From Takakia lepidozioides (lineage: Eukaryota; Plantae; Bryophyta), in assembly GCA_030704615.1 (NCBI GenBank), contig CM060733.1:7130001-7194000 (forward strand): DNA of 64,000 bases, given 5' to 3'. The notes beneath the pieces were generated by a model. It saw nothing but the letters and a program-made list of their open reading frames with translations, made no database searches and had not been told where the DNA came from. This document shows, one piece after another, positions 1 through 12,409 of this stretch. How positions within the stretch are numbered: position 1 is the stretch's first letter; each line of letters opens with the position of its first letter. The position numbers were made by a program, and so were the translations under genes.

Positions 1-250
1 GTTTTTAGGGATTAAAGTGTACCTTATAGAAGGTACCTTAATTACCTTACACAATTCATGTTTATTCAGGCAACAAATTGAATAATAATTTGTGAGTGGA
101 AAGTGTGAGAGACGATATAGTTCCGCAATGGAGTTAGCCGCTTCAATTAAGAATTTGTCAAGTAATATAGACCCGACGATATATCATATATAATATATAT
201 GTATATTGTCATGAAAGATGTGTTCGACATGATACCACTGATGCCGTATT

Positions 251-974
251 TGTCGCGGCCCTTTGCCTTGAGGGCAGGGGGTCGGTACACAAGAGGGGTT
301 GCCCCTGTGGTGGGGGCAGTGGCAACAATAGGTATGGGGGCTGAAGCACCCTTGAGTGCCCAAGGCACTCAAGGGGGCAGAGGCACTCACTAGGTGGAGC
401 CCCGCACACCGGGTTGCGGTGGGGGTGGTTCCACGAGGGGTGGTGGTAGCTTAGTGGGTCTTAGTGGGGGTGGCATAGGACTCACCATGGGGCGGAGACC
501 TTGTCGTGGGGGTTGTGGGGAGTCTTGGGACTCATCACGGTCCATTGGGGCCGTGGTGGGTGGGCCAAGACTCACCGCGACTCATCACCGGGAGTCAAGG
601 GTCTTCGTGGTGGTTCGCCATAAAAAAACGGTGTTGTTTGTGAAAACCCCGTGGACAGTCACTGAAGTATATATAGGGAGTAGTAATCCCGAGAACGGTG
701 CAAGCCCGTTGGTGACCAAAAATTAGTGAGTAAGCGTGCGAGCCGGAAAGCGACCAAGATGTGGGGAGCTGTTCCGGACTGCCAACAACCAAAGGGAATT
801 TTCACTAGGCCCAGAGTGAGCGAGGGTCTTGTGGAGGAGCAAAGAGGGGCTGTTATGTCCGGTGAGCAGCCGAAGTTCCGAGTTGGCCCGACGGCCAGTT
901 TGGGAGTTAGGCGCGCGCATCAAAGTGAGTAACTATGACTTGAAGGGGAGCTTACCGAAGTGAGGTGCGCGACA
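251..974 (+). mobile_element. 5' LTR (724 bp) of a truncated Ty3/Gypsy retrotransposon
   Basis: Starts TGTCGCG (251) and ends CGCGACA (974), a perfect 7-bp terminal inverted repeat; a canonical PBS and a gag ORF follow directly. Confidence 0.85.
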
Positions 975-976
975 CT

Positions 977-988
977 TGGTATCAGAGC
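977..988 (+). promoter_or_regulatory. Primer-binding site for tRNA-iMet
   Basis: TGGTATCAGAGC, 2 nt after the LTR's terminal CA. Confidence 0.9.
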
Positions 989-1029
989 TTAGAGTTCAGT
1001 ACGCGGTCGTTCTTGAGATCGGCCTCATC

Positions 1030-2395
1030 ATGGGGTCGGGCAAGACAAAGCGAAAACGGAACGGCTCGAAAGGTGATGATCCTGGTGAGCCCGGTGGGGG
1101 CGACGTGTCACCGAAGTGGCAAATGGAAGAGGCAATTTATGCTTCTGAAAGCGAGGCTCAAGAACGGGAGGAATTTGGGGAGTCGAAGCCCGAGGACTTC
1201 CCAGAGGCTCCGCCAGACCAACAGATGTCTCTCATGCCAGCAGCCTTTTGGGAAGGGTTATTGGCGCAGTTTGGCAGGACGTTGAAAGACGTGATGAGGG
1301 CGGCTAATGCCATTTCCACTGAGGCAAAGTTTAAGGTGAAGCCTAAGGAACCCGACACCTTCAAGGGCATCCGAAATCGGAAGGCACTCAATACCTGGCT
1401 CTTGGAGCTAGAGCAGTACTTCCGGGTGGCCAAGTTGAGTGACGACGATCGGGTGGAAGTGGCTCCCACCTATTTGAGGGGCTATGCTCAACAATGGTGG
1501 CAGAAACGCCTTCATGACCAAGGTCCAAACCCAGAAACCTTGAGCTAGAGTGGGTTCAAGGAACTTATGAAAAGACGGTTTGTGCCCCTGACACGTTAGT
1601 TCCGGAAATTATCCCACTCACGAACATTAACTGACTTCATTTACACAGTCTCCTGATACAACTCACAAGAGTAGTTGCCTACCTTGCAAAGTCTTGGCAA
1701 CTACCGCCTCCACCAAGCGGCTGATGGAATCTTCAGACAGCTCCGTGGTCGCCCGAGTCATGTTCAATTGTTGGGGTTTCACGCACTTCTTGGCCATGTG
1801 CCCGGGCTCCCCGCAATTAAACCACACTTCATCGAAGGTCGTCTTCTGTCCGCCATAAGCCGCCGCACCTGATTTTTCTTTCGGAGCACCGAGTGCCGCT
1901 TTGACGTGTGAAGGCCCTCCCTTCGATTTCCATGTGTCATTGTCGCCGCGTGGCCTATCCCACTTCTTTTCCGGTCGGAAAGAGTCACCCTCCCGCCGGG
2001 CCTTCTTGTGGTTCAACTCCGTACGGCCTTGTCTTTCGCCCCTAGGGACATCCGAGAAACATTCAGCCTTTCAATTGCCTCGTTCAAAGTCTTAGGTGGC
2101 TTCTCCTCCAACTTCCGCTTGGCCATGGGCCAATCCCGCCACAAAGTTGAAGACCATTTCTGGTTCCGCCATATCCACGACTTCGAGCAACAGCACATTG
2201 AAAGCCTGAACATATCCCCGAATGTCATCCGTTTGCTTAAAATTCATCATCTTGTCCCAGGCGAGCCAGGACGCGTTTTGGTAGACACAGGACCATCGCA
2301 CTCCTTCATGACACCGGCAACGGCACGGAAGCTGGGGCTCCCGACAAGTGATGTGGGGGCCTCTATTGAAATGCATTCTGCCAAAGGAATGCACA
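1030..2395 (+). pseudogene. Gypsy gag-protease remnant with an internally inverted segment (~1592-2272)
   Basis: Plus strand: gag (KPKEPDTFKG...WLLELEQYF...YLRGYAQQWW). Minus strand: gag continuation and zinc knuckle (FNCGEPGHMAKKC). Plus strand again from ~2272: aspartic protease RVLVDTG. No RT follows. Confidence 0.85.
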
Positions 2396-2878
2396 CCCTG
2401 CTCGCACCCTATCGTCGGCATTTTACCAACCCGCCCCATTCGGCCTGCCACGTGGCTAGGTCAATGGCGGTGGAGGGCCCTAAATCATACAATTCTGGGT
2501 ACCCCTCCTCACTTCAAAAAAATTGGACGACGTTGCTTTTGCACCTTTTCGGGGTGCAATAAATTCTGGCACAGACATAACTTCACGCGCTTTCGTTTTG
2601 AAAGCATCTTCATCCGAGTTCATCCATACACTCTACATCGCCTTTAATCTTTGACGCGACCAAATTCGGGTCGCGTCGTCCATTAGGGGTTAAAACAGAA
2701 ATATCTTAAAATAGCTTGAGCAAGTCATGCCGACAAGTTTAGTCAGCATGCCCTACTTATATATAGAAAGGGGCTCAGAAGTCTTTTTCAATTGCTGCAG
2801 GGCTTTGCTGTTTCACGTCTTGCTCTTCTTCATGTTGGGAGTAGAAGGAAGAGATTTGTGCAGCTACGCACAGCGGCC

Positions 2879-4065
2879 ATGGACACCTCTGTGTGGGGAA
2901 GATTGTCGGGAGACATGGTGGATGATGTTATTACTTTCTTGCCAGTTTCCAGTTTACTTCGATTTCGCATTGTTTGCAAACATTGGTGTTATTTGATCGA
3001 TTCTCCTTCATTCCGCAAGCCCTCTGCAGAGATCGAATGAGCATCTCTTGTTCTGCAATCATCTATAGGTTTTCTTGTGTATGATTCATGAACTGGAGCA
3101 AGACGTGTAACTAATGCACAATTATGCACGTACTATCTTGTAGCCGACCAGTGGCAGGCATGCAGGAGCCAACGTCCTAGGCACTACAACCTACCACGAT
3201 TGCATTCACGTATGCATACAGTGGAGTTTGGAACAGGAGGCCTTATATGTGCGCTAATTCCTAGCCATAGTATGGGTGGGATGGACATTGAGGTATGGAA
3301 CCCACTCACCGGTGGCTCCAGGATATTGCCTCTCCTACGCTCAATCGTTGGCGGCGGGTCCCAGCGATAGTGAAGGTGTTCATAGATGAGAGAACAAAGA
3401 CGTACAAGATTATTATTGCGGGTAATCGTGAGTATGCGGGTGAAGATGAGAGATACCGGATCACAGAGATCTATGATGCAACATCGGGTTCGTGGAAACA
3501 CGGTGGACACTTCCTACCTTACACACCATGTTACTCTTCAAGCAATTTTGTAATTACAATTGGTGTTGAGTACAAGGGGGTTTTGCACTTTGTATTTCCT
3601 ACGAAGTTAGTAACGAGGGCATACCGGCTGCTTGCATACAACATTGAACAAGACTTATGGAGCGAGCCACCGTACGTTCTTCCCCACGAGTTTGACAAGT
3701 TTGCATTTGTTCAATGTGAGGGACGCTTACTCATACGAAGAGTTTCTCCGACCACCGCAGAGTGTAGTGTCTACGAATTGAATATTTCAAGCAAAGAGTG
3801 GGTCCCACTATTAAAAGTACAAGTTCCACACATGGGTGGTTCTCCGTGGGCTATGAATCCAATATGTGGAGTGGTAGCAGGTAACCAACTAGTCATAACA
3901 AGCGATGAATGTCAAAGTAATCCATGTATAACATGTATGCAAGTATGGGTGTATGACATGGTTCAACAAACATTGCGAAAGTTTCCCTCTTGTCCCTTTT
4001 ATGGACTATCTACACATCATTATCAGCGAGTTGCTCATTTCAGCCGGCCTTGTTGCGGACACTAG
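2879..4065 (+). pseudogene. F-box protein with C-terminal FBA/kelch-like region, disrupted
   Basis: MDTSVWGRLSGDMVDDVITFLPVSSLLRFRIVCKHW is an F-box, ending at a stop at 3040. ORF 3295-4065 has YKIIIAG..TEIYDATSGSWK..GVLHF..LLAYNIEQDLW, typical of plant F-box C-termini. Confidence 0.75.
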
Positions 4066-4839
4066 TGTTGTAGAAATTTTGCAAAGCTGGGGTATATGTG
4101 CACCGTTTGCATTCACTCTTTGAGGTTGCAAATCCGTGGTGCCTCACATTTGTGGTTGCAACTTTGGTAGTGGGTCCACACTATTGTAGAATTTGCTCGT
4201 TGGTTTGAGTTGCAATCAAACCAAATTTGCGTTGCAAACATTCCTCATTGATCATTTACTTCATATGTCAATAGTACTATTACTGATATGAATAAAAGTT
4301 GAGAGCCTTACAACTACCTTGCGATTCTCAATAAAATGTGACAAAATGAGGTAAGCATGTATGAATCCAACAACCATTTTTTCTTCAAAAACCATCCGAA
4401 ATACCAATACAATGCACCTCATAGTTATTCATTGCATTACACAATTAATATCAAAATATTTTGATTGTTAGAATGGTAGGATTTAATGGGCCGCCCAATG
4501 ATTATTATGCACGTGTTTTTTTTTTTAACGCAAAGAGTTTACTATTTTCAGTAGATTAGTGGTTTGGATGGAAAAGTTTACAAAAGAGGAAGAAGGAGGA
4601 GGATGAAATGCAAAAGAGTGGCATGAAGCCAAGAAAATGGGTGGATGTTTTTCCTCACTGATATAGTATATGTAGTATGTACGGTCCTAAAAGCCTTCTT
4701 TTACATGCTGATAATCTCGACATCAATCCCAGCATTCGAACAACCCGTCTATCCTCTACCTCGCAAGGTTCCTAATTCTTAGCATACAATATTGTATGGC
4801 ACATAGCTTCAATATGCACAGTAGTAAAACCATTTGTCT

Positions 4840-5560
4840 CTCATGCTTGTAGTTGCTTGTTAGTGAGTTGCTTAGAGAGCTAGCTTGAAGCTTGCTTAGC
4901 CTTTGCATCTTGCTTGTGAAGTTCCTAGATTGCTTGTTGGCTTAAAGCTTAGCCTAGATGTTTTAGGCAAGCTTGGAGGAAACATCTAGAGTGCTAGGGA
5001 GACTAGGGAGCTCCTAGGCCCTAGTGTGTAAAGGCCAAGAGTCATTTTATGTGGAAAAGGAAAGAGACTTCCCCAAAAAACAAGTGTGTTTCATTTGAGA
5101 GTGTGCTGAGCCCTTTGGGAGTGTGAAGATGAGGTAGGAGCAACAAACCCCATAGGAGAGGTGATCACTACCCCTTCCCCCCTAGTTTTGGTAGCCCATT
5201 TAGTCAAGTGGAATCCTTCTCCACATTTTCGTGGCGATTTGATCGCAGCTAGTTGGAGTATGTACATGTGTGAAGGCCGACGGGATCGATCCATATTTGC
5301 AATTTATGGGATTATTAGTTTGGTTAAGCTAACCCTAGTTCAGCACGCCATGAGTTGTGTGCTTATACTTTCTTGGTTTCATGGTCTTAGTCATTGGTGC
5401 TGTGCCTTCTTCACTTTATCCTCCATGATGACAATTCCTTCTGACTCTAAGTGTAGGTACTATACCTGCACATGTAGTTTGAGAGTTTCTACCCTGTTGA
5501 GACTGGAGACCAAGGTCAAAACCATGTCTCGATAGCCAACATCGCTCCAGGGCTGCTTTC
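4840..5560. mobile_element. Probable LTR-like repeat fragment
   Basis: Repetitive GCTT/CTAG-rich composition similar to the LTR-like block at 16.4-19.3 kb; no termini defined. Confidence 0.3.
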
Positions 5561-6029
5561 TCAAATGTCCACAGTGGGTGGTTGCGTCACCAACAGCCAA
5601 CCTGTGTTTTGCAGAAAACACAACACTGTTTAGACAAGAGAAGCCCTTAATTTGTTGCGTCTACTTCTGACAAGCTCCATCCCTAAAAAAGACTCGTCAC
5701 TGACAAACCCTTCCTAAGAAATTATTCTCAACTCATAATGAAAAATGGTTTCAGTAAGCCTGTGAGATCATGGCTGTGTCCTAAAACTGTTAGTTTTCAG
5801 ACGGCAGGTCAAACTATAGATCCATACAAACAGAACTCTGTCAACAAAGCTCTGGATTAAGGTTCTCCATGACTTACCATGGGTAACACCGCATGTACTG
5901 ACAGCTGCATTCAATCACACACTGTTTCTTCCAACTCTCTGCTGACAAAAGCAATGACAATTTACCACCTTCCCGCCCTCGTGTATCAAGCAGCACCCTT
6001 TCTTTTGTGTATGTTGCTTGTTTCACCAG

Positions 6030-8781
6030 TAGTCCTACAACAACAAAACCCATCTTGGAAGTGGTGAAAGAAGCTGGCATCCCATCCAACATTTGCTCTT
6101 CCAATCAAGCTTTGAGATGTCCTTGCTGGCAGTGTGGCAGTCACCACACATGCAAAGATTCTAAAGGACGCAAGATAGGCGTCCAGGGACTCTGCTAATC
6201 AGCCCAAAAGCAGTGGCCAGCTTCTCACTGGTGGCACCGAGAAAACTCCTTTCCCTCTTCCTCCACATCATGCAATGCTAAACATATGTCAGGCATGTGC
6301 CCGGCCTCCTCCATCCAACCAGAAAATCTCTCCAGCTCAGCAAGGACTTTCTCAGTTTGTGGATGCATGTCATCTACAACAATGCATCTGGTTATCAACC
6401 TCAATGCAGCTGCACCTGGCTCTTTTCTGACACCTCTCTCCTGCATCATTTTTCTCATCCTTGCTCTATCCACCCATCTGCCGGAAGCAGCATAGATGTA
6501 TAAGTAGCAGTGTCCTGTGGAACCCACTTGAGAAGGCATTTTGCCACACGTTCGGCCACATCTACATTACCATGAATTCTGCAGGCACTAAGCCAGGCCC
6601 CCCACACCGCTGAATCGGGTTGGATTGGCATACTTGCTGTGAAGTCCTCTACCTCATCCAATCGCCCTGAACGGCCGAGAAGGTCCACCATGCAGACAAA
6701 ATGCTCCACTGTAGGAGCGAGGTCATGATCTCGACTCATGGAATCAAAATAATGGCGCCCTTCATCCACGAGACCCACATGACTGCATGCATAGAGAACA
6801 CATGTAAAGGTGATAACATTTGGTTTCAAGCCTTCCTGTTGCATTTGTTCAAATAGTTGTAGGGCCTCCATACCACAACCATGCTGAGCATATCCTGCAA
6901 TCATTGCACTCCATGTGACCACATTTCGTTGAGCCATATTGTTAAACACTTGACGTGCATCCTTTATGTTCCCACATTTGGCATACATGGTAACAAGGGC
7001 AGTCTCCAGACTTACCTCTGATACAATTCCAGCCTTGATGATGTCAGCATGGGCCACTTTTCCATTTTCTAGGGCTGCCAGGCTGGCATACACATTGAGG
7101 ACACAAATAAACGAGACCCTGTCAGGTGTCACCCCATCCTGCATCATTTGTTCATAGATCTCCAAGGCCTCCATACAGCATCCATGCTGAGTATATCCTG
7201 AGATCATTGCATTCCATGAGACCACATCTCGTTCAGCCATATTGTCAAACACTTGACGTGCACCCTTCATATTCCCACATCTGGCATACATGTCAACAAG
7301 GGCAGTCTCCAGAATGATATCTGACACAATTCCTGCTTTAATGATGTCAGCATGGACCTCTGTACCCGGTCCCAGGGCTGCCAGGTTGGCACACGCATTG
7401 AGAACACAAATGAATGTGACTTTATTGGGCATCACCCCTTCTCGTATCATTTGCTTATAAACCTTGAAAGCCTCCCTACCATACCCATACTGAGCATATC
7501 CTGCAATCATCGCACTCCATGAGACCACATTTCGCTGAGCCATATTGTCAAACACTTGGCATGCACCCCTCATGCTCCCACATTTGGCATACATGTCAAC
7601 AAGAGCAGTCTCCAGAATGATGTCTGTTGCAATCCCAATTTTGATAATGTCACCATGGACCTCTTGGCCCTTTACCAGGGCTTCTGAGTTGGCACAGGCC
7701 TTGAGAACGCAGATGAAGGTGACTTTGTTTGGTAGCACCCCTTCCCGTATCATCTGCTCATACATCCCAAAAGCCTCCCTACAATACCCATGCTCAGCGT
7801 ATCCTGCGATCATCGCACTCCATGAAACCACATTCTTGTGGGCCATATTCTGAAACACTTGAAACGCATCCTTCATGCTCCCGCATTTAGCATACATGTT
7901 GACAAGGGCAGTCTCCAGAACAACATCTGGCACAACTCCAGCTTTGATGACATCAGCATGGACCACTTTGCCCTTTTCCAGAGCTCCTAGACTGGCACAG
8001 GCCTTGAGAATGCAAATGAATGTGATGTTGTTTGGCATCACCCCTTCCTGTAGCATCTGCTGATAGATCTTGAAAGCCTCCCTACCACACCCATGCCGAG
8101 CATATCCTGCGATCATTTTGGTCCACGTAACCCCATCTCGTTTCGCCATGTTGTCAAACACTAGGCGTGCATCCAACACGCTTCCGCACTTGGCATACAT
8201 GTTTACAAGGGTGTTGAGTAGAAAGATGTTTGGCTTGAATCCACTTTGGATAATGTGGGCGTGCACATGCTTTCCCATTTCAAGGTTTCCAGTTTTGATG
8301 CACTCCGACAATAGGCACACATAGGTGTTGGAGTCTGCCGAGAATCCTTGGTTAGTCAAAACGTGCAAGGCCTCCCTCAGTTGTCCTCCCTTACATAGTG
8401 TCAGCACATCCCCACAGGAGCCAAATGAGTTCTTGTTTAATCCATCACTGGATTGTGCTTGACCTTCTATCATGGCAACTAGCATTGCTTTCAACCCAGG
8501 AGTGTTTGACAATCCGCCAATCCAAAGGGCCTCAATTGTGAGTTTTTGTCTGATATCTGATGATCTTGAACTTCTCTGTGAAAACCACAGCTTCGCAGGT
8601 GAGAAACCATAGCTTCAAACACAACCTAGATGCGGGCTTCAGTTGCACGCCCTTCTTGACAACCTATTTCAAATTATAAATGAAGATGAAGATAGCCTCA
8701 CCTTATCAAACCCATTGTTCCACAATTGTGAAGGATGTGAGAAGAACTCCTGCCAGAGTCGTTCTTTACTCTTTGCTTGAC
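6030..8781 (-). pseudogene. PDF-motif / PLS-PPR / (E-DYW) paralog with an intact PPR array, frameshifted E2 and degraded DYW
   Basis: Exon 8781-8702 (AG/GT bounded, GQAKSKERLWQEFFSHPSQLWNNGFDK). The next exon, from 8575 (RSSRSSDIRQKLTIEALWIGGLSNTPG), runs straight into ORF 8512-6455 with about 17 P/L/S motifs and E1. Frameshift near 6497. DYW remnants ([22 protein letters not shown]) lie at 6030-6400. Confidence 0.85.
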
Positions 8782-8959
8782 CTGCGTGCAAGAAAAGCAC
8801 GAAGATGAGAGCTCTGAAAGGTTCCAATCACCTCAGTCACTCTAAAGGAGCCATGCTGCTCTACGCAGCTCCTCATTGAACCAATCTTATTGAGTAAGGA
8901 GGACGGCTAGTGTAGTGTAAAAATTCTCTCTCTCTCTCTCTCTCTGCCCTGTCTTAAGC

Positions 8960-9400
8960 ATGGTGTGACTGCCGGTGCAATCAAAGACACGTGTGTCACC
9001 TGCAAGGGGGATCTGGGTCAGATTGCTCAAGACGCTCGAAACACTGATGAATGCTGTCACCCCCACAGAGCCAGAGAGGCGTACTAATCAACACTGCTTG
9101 CCGCCACCTTCCAGCCATAGACCTATGCCCTATGGAGGCAGCAGAAAGGCGAGAGACAGGGCAACCTGAATTCCGTGATTCCACAAGGCGCAATACGCTC
9201 ACAACCACCTGTCTCGGGCCTGACAGTAGCCGGCGCATCAGGCCCTCCCCACTAGTGTCCCGTACCCCATTACTTGCCAATTCTAGCGCATTGCCAACAG
9301 CCTGCAAACCTCCCCACAACCATCCCAGCAGCCAAATGTGATTAGCCAGAGACCACCTACCTTTCCAGACAGAGTGCTTCTGCAAGGGCTACATAAGAAT
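8960..9400 (-). mobile_element. Possible degraded LINE ORF2 fragment
   Basis: The minus frame QKHSVWKGRWSLANHIWLL weakly resembles the post-RT region of L1; it sits next to a (TC)n microsatellite at ~8925-8945. Confidence 0.25.
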
Positions 9401-10849
9401 GTAGAAATCATCTCTGTAAGGAAATCAACCACTAGTCAACCCACGACATGAGTGTAATTCAGCAGTGTGAGATTCTGCATACACGTCTCCTTACTTGAAA
9501 GAAGGATGTGAGGTTACAATAACCAGAGCGTCGATGCAGCTGCAAGTAGATGGTCACACTCCTGATGAAAACTGCAAGGCAAGCCAAGATCACTCGCTCA
9601 GACGACGGCGAGCAGATGACACGAGAGAGAGCTACAATTTTGACATGTGCTGGGAAGTCCAGTGGCACGGGGCTGTTTGAGGACTTAAAGAGAGATGATA
9701 ATTTCTCTCTTAGAGAAAGACGAGAGAGACAATACTTTCTACTTTCTAAGTTTCAATTATACTGGCCCTTGAACACCCCCACCAAAAAAAAAGAAAAAAA
9801 CTGGACGGTTGCTACTCGTCGTGTACCTTGACCCCCAAAGGGACCTACTGCCTTTCCGTTGGGAAAGTGGACACATTGACGACATCCAACACAATGCATT
9901 TCAACCCACAACCACCAATGAAACGATAGGGTATCAATATATGAAGCGAGACGTTTGTTGGCTGTCCCGCAAGGGAGAGCATTGTGGAACATCTTGCCTG
10001 CGCGGAGAATGGAGAACTGGGCTTATCCATTCAGCCTAGTCTATGGAGGGTTAAGGGGCATGATTCATGAAGCCCTAGAAAAAGTATAAAAACAACAACC
10101 CCAAAATCACCAAAGGAAAGAGCAAGGACAGAAGTGCCAGGCACATGAGCCAAATCGGCATCCAAACGAGCCGCCCAGGCTGCGCGCGGCCGCCTAGAGG
10201 CGGAAAGGGGGCAGCCAAGGACGTGGGGCCTCGCGGGGGCAGCGAGCTGCTTGGGAAAGATGCGCCCCCACGGAAGCACCTGCGGTAACTAATGGCCTTG
10301 TTTTCACCTAAAACCCTGGTAAAATAAATAATTATTATTGCGCCGCCGACTTTTTATTGTGGTTGCAGTTTAGGGTCATATGGCTAAAAAGGGTTTTCAC
10401 TATACTAAAAAAGAGGAGAAGCTTGGATCAATTTTGTGAGGTGCTTGTTACATACAAGTGTAAGGTTGCAATTGGGAGGAGTGCGCAAGATGGGTGATGA
10501 CAGTTTGCCAAGCTCATTTTTGCAAATGCTCGATGAAGATTTTCATTCTCCCTATGCTCTTGCCATTGCCGATACATCTGCTCCTCCTTCCATACTTGCA
10601 CATTGATTGCCATTGCGAACCTCCTTGCAACAATGGTCAGAGGCAACAAAGCACCGCGACCCGATGAAGATTGATATGTACGGTTGACATTATGGGAGCA
10701 TGTGGCATAGGGCTCCATACATACTGCGTCAATTAGCCAAACATTGTGTCAATGGATGGCTTCTTATATACTACATGTAACGACCAATGAATATATGAAA
10801 ACATGCCTTTATGTGTGAAAATGAGAGTATGGTACATAAGCTGGTCTAC

Positions 10850-12330
10850 TTTGTTGGCCAGTTCCATGTTGATTGCAAGGGTGGATGCCATTTGAGCTTG
10901 CGATGTCGGATTTCTATTCCGTAAGTTGGTATGGGTAGCCACTTGGATAATCAACACTCTCAAGTTGCAAGAAGTACAAAAAACATTGAGGTGAAATAAT
11001 GAGAGCACCTGGTGTGGGGATGTGAATTTTGTCAAACAACTATATTGGCCATTTCTATGTTGATTGCAAGGGTGGGCCCCATTTCAGCTTGCGATGTCGG
11101 ATTTCTATTCCGTAAGTTGGTATGGGTAGTCACCTGAATAAGAAACACTCTCAAGTTAAAAGAAGTACAAAAAACATTGAGGTGACATGAGAGCACCTGG
11201 TGTGGGGCTGTGAATTTTGTATTTCAGCTTGCGATGTCGGATTTCTATTCCGTAAGTTGGTATGGGTAGTCACCTGAATAAGAAACACTCTCTCAAGTTA
11301 AAAGAAGTACACAAAACATTGAGGTAAAACAATGAGAGCACCTGATGTGGGGCTGTGAATTTTGTCAAACAACTATGTTGGCCACTTCTATGTTGATTGC
11401 AAGGGTGGGCGCCATTTCAGCTTGCGATGTCGGATTTCTATTCCGTAAGTTGGTATGGGTAGCCACCTGGATAAGAAACACTCTTAAGTTGAAAGAAGTA
11501 CAAAAAACATTGAGGTGAAATAATGAGAGCACCTGGTGTAGGGTTGTGAATTTTGTCACACAACTAGGTTGGCCACTTCTATGTTGATTGCTAGGGTGGC
11601 CGCCATTTGAGGTCACGATGGCGGAATCCAATGAGGGCAGGTGGTATGGGTAGCTAGGTAGATAATGAACACTCTCTACTTAAAAGAATTGAAAAATATT
11701 TTTATGTGGTGAAATGGGAGCACTTGGTATGGGGCTGGCCATTTTGACAAACTTCTATGTTCGTCACTTCCATGTTGATTGCAAGGGTGACCGCCATTTG
11801 ATGTCACGATGGCGGAATCCAATGAGGTCAGGTGATATGGGTAGCTAGGTAGATAATGAACACTCTCTACTTAAAAGAATTGAAAAATATTTTTATGTGG
11901 TGAAATGGGAGCACCTGGTATGGGGCTGGCTATTTTGACAAACTTCTATGTTCGTCACTTCCATGTTGATTGCAAGGGTGGCCGCCATTTGAGCTCACAA
12001 TGGCGGAATCCAATGAGGGCAGGTGGTATGGGTAGCTAAGTAGATAATGAACACTCTCTAGTTGAAAGAATTGAAGAATATTTTTATGTGGTGAAATAGG
12101 AGCACCTGGTATGGGGCTAGCTATTTTGACCAACCTCTATGCTAACCACTTGTGTGTTCATTGGAAAAATAGGTGCCATACTTTGTCACGATGTCGGAAT
12201 TCAATGAGGGCTGTTGGTAGGGGTAGGTAGTTTGATCATGAACACATTCAAAGTTGAAAGAATACAAAATATTGTTTTGTGCTAAAATGGGAGCACCCGA
12301 CATAGGGCAGTACATTGTGTCAAATCACTA
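10850..12330. repeat. Tandem satellite, ~191-bp unit, about 8 copies (one internally deleted)
   Basis: The anchor GATTGC(A/T)AGGGTG recurs at ~10871, 11062, 11395, 11586, 11777 and 11968, with a partial unit at ~11221 and a diverged unit at ~12158. Confidence 0.9.
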
Positions 12331-12409
12331 TCCCACCTACCTCTAAGATATGGGTGCCTCTTGCATGTATATACTAAGTTTGAAACATGCTATTACACAT
12401 CTATCATGT

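Noticed and set aside
9459-9668. Exon 1 of the 6-8.8 kb PDF-PPR paralog
   Set aside because: A GTAAG donor exists near 9493, but I found no ATG-led frame of matching phase and no similarity to the other exon-1 copies.
10428-10718. Harbinger Myb/SANT partner gene
   Set aside because: No Trp-spaced Myb/trihelix pattern is recognisable in this short ORF.
10850-12330. CRISPR-like array
   Set aside because: Units are homologous along their full ~191 bp with no unique spacers, there are no cas genes, and the context is eukaryotic.
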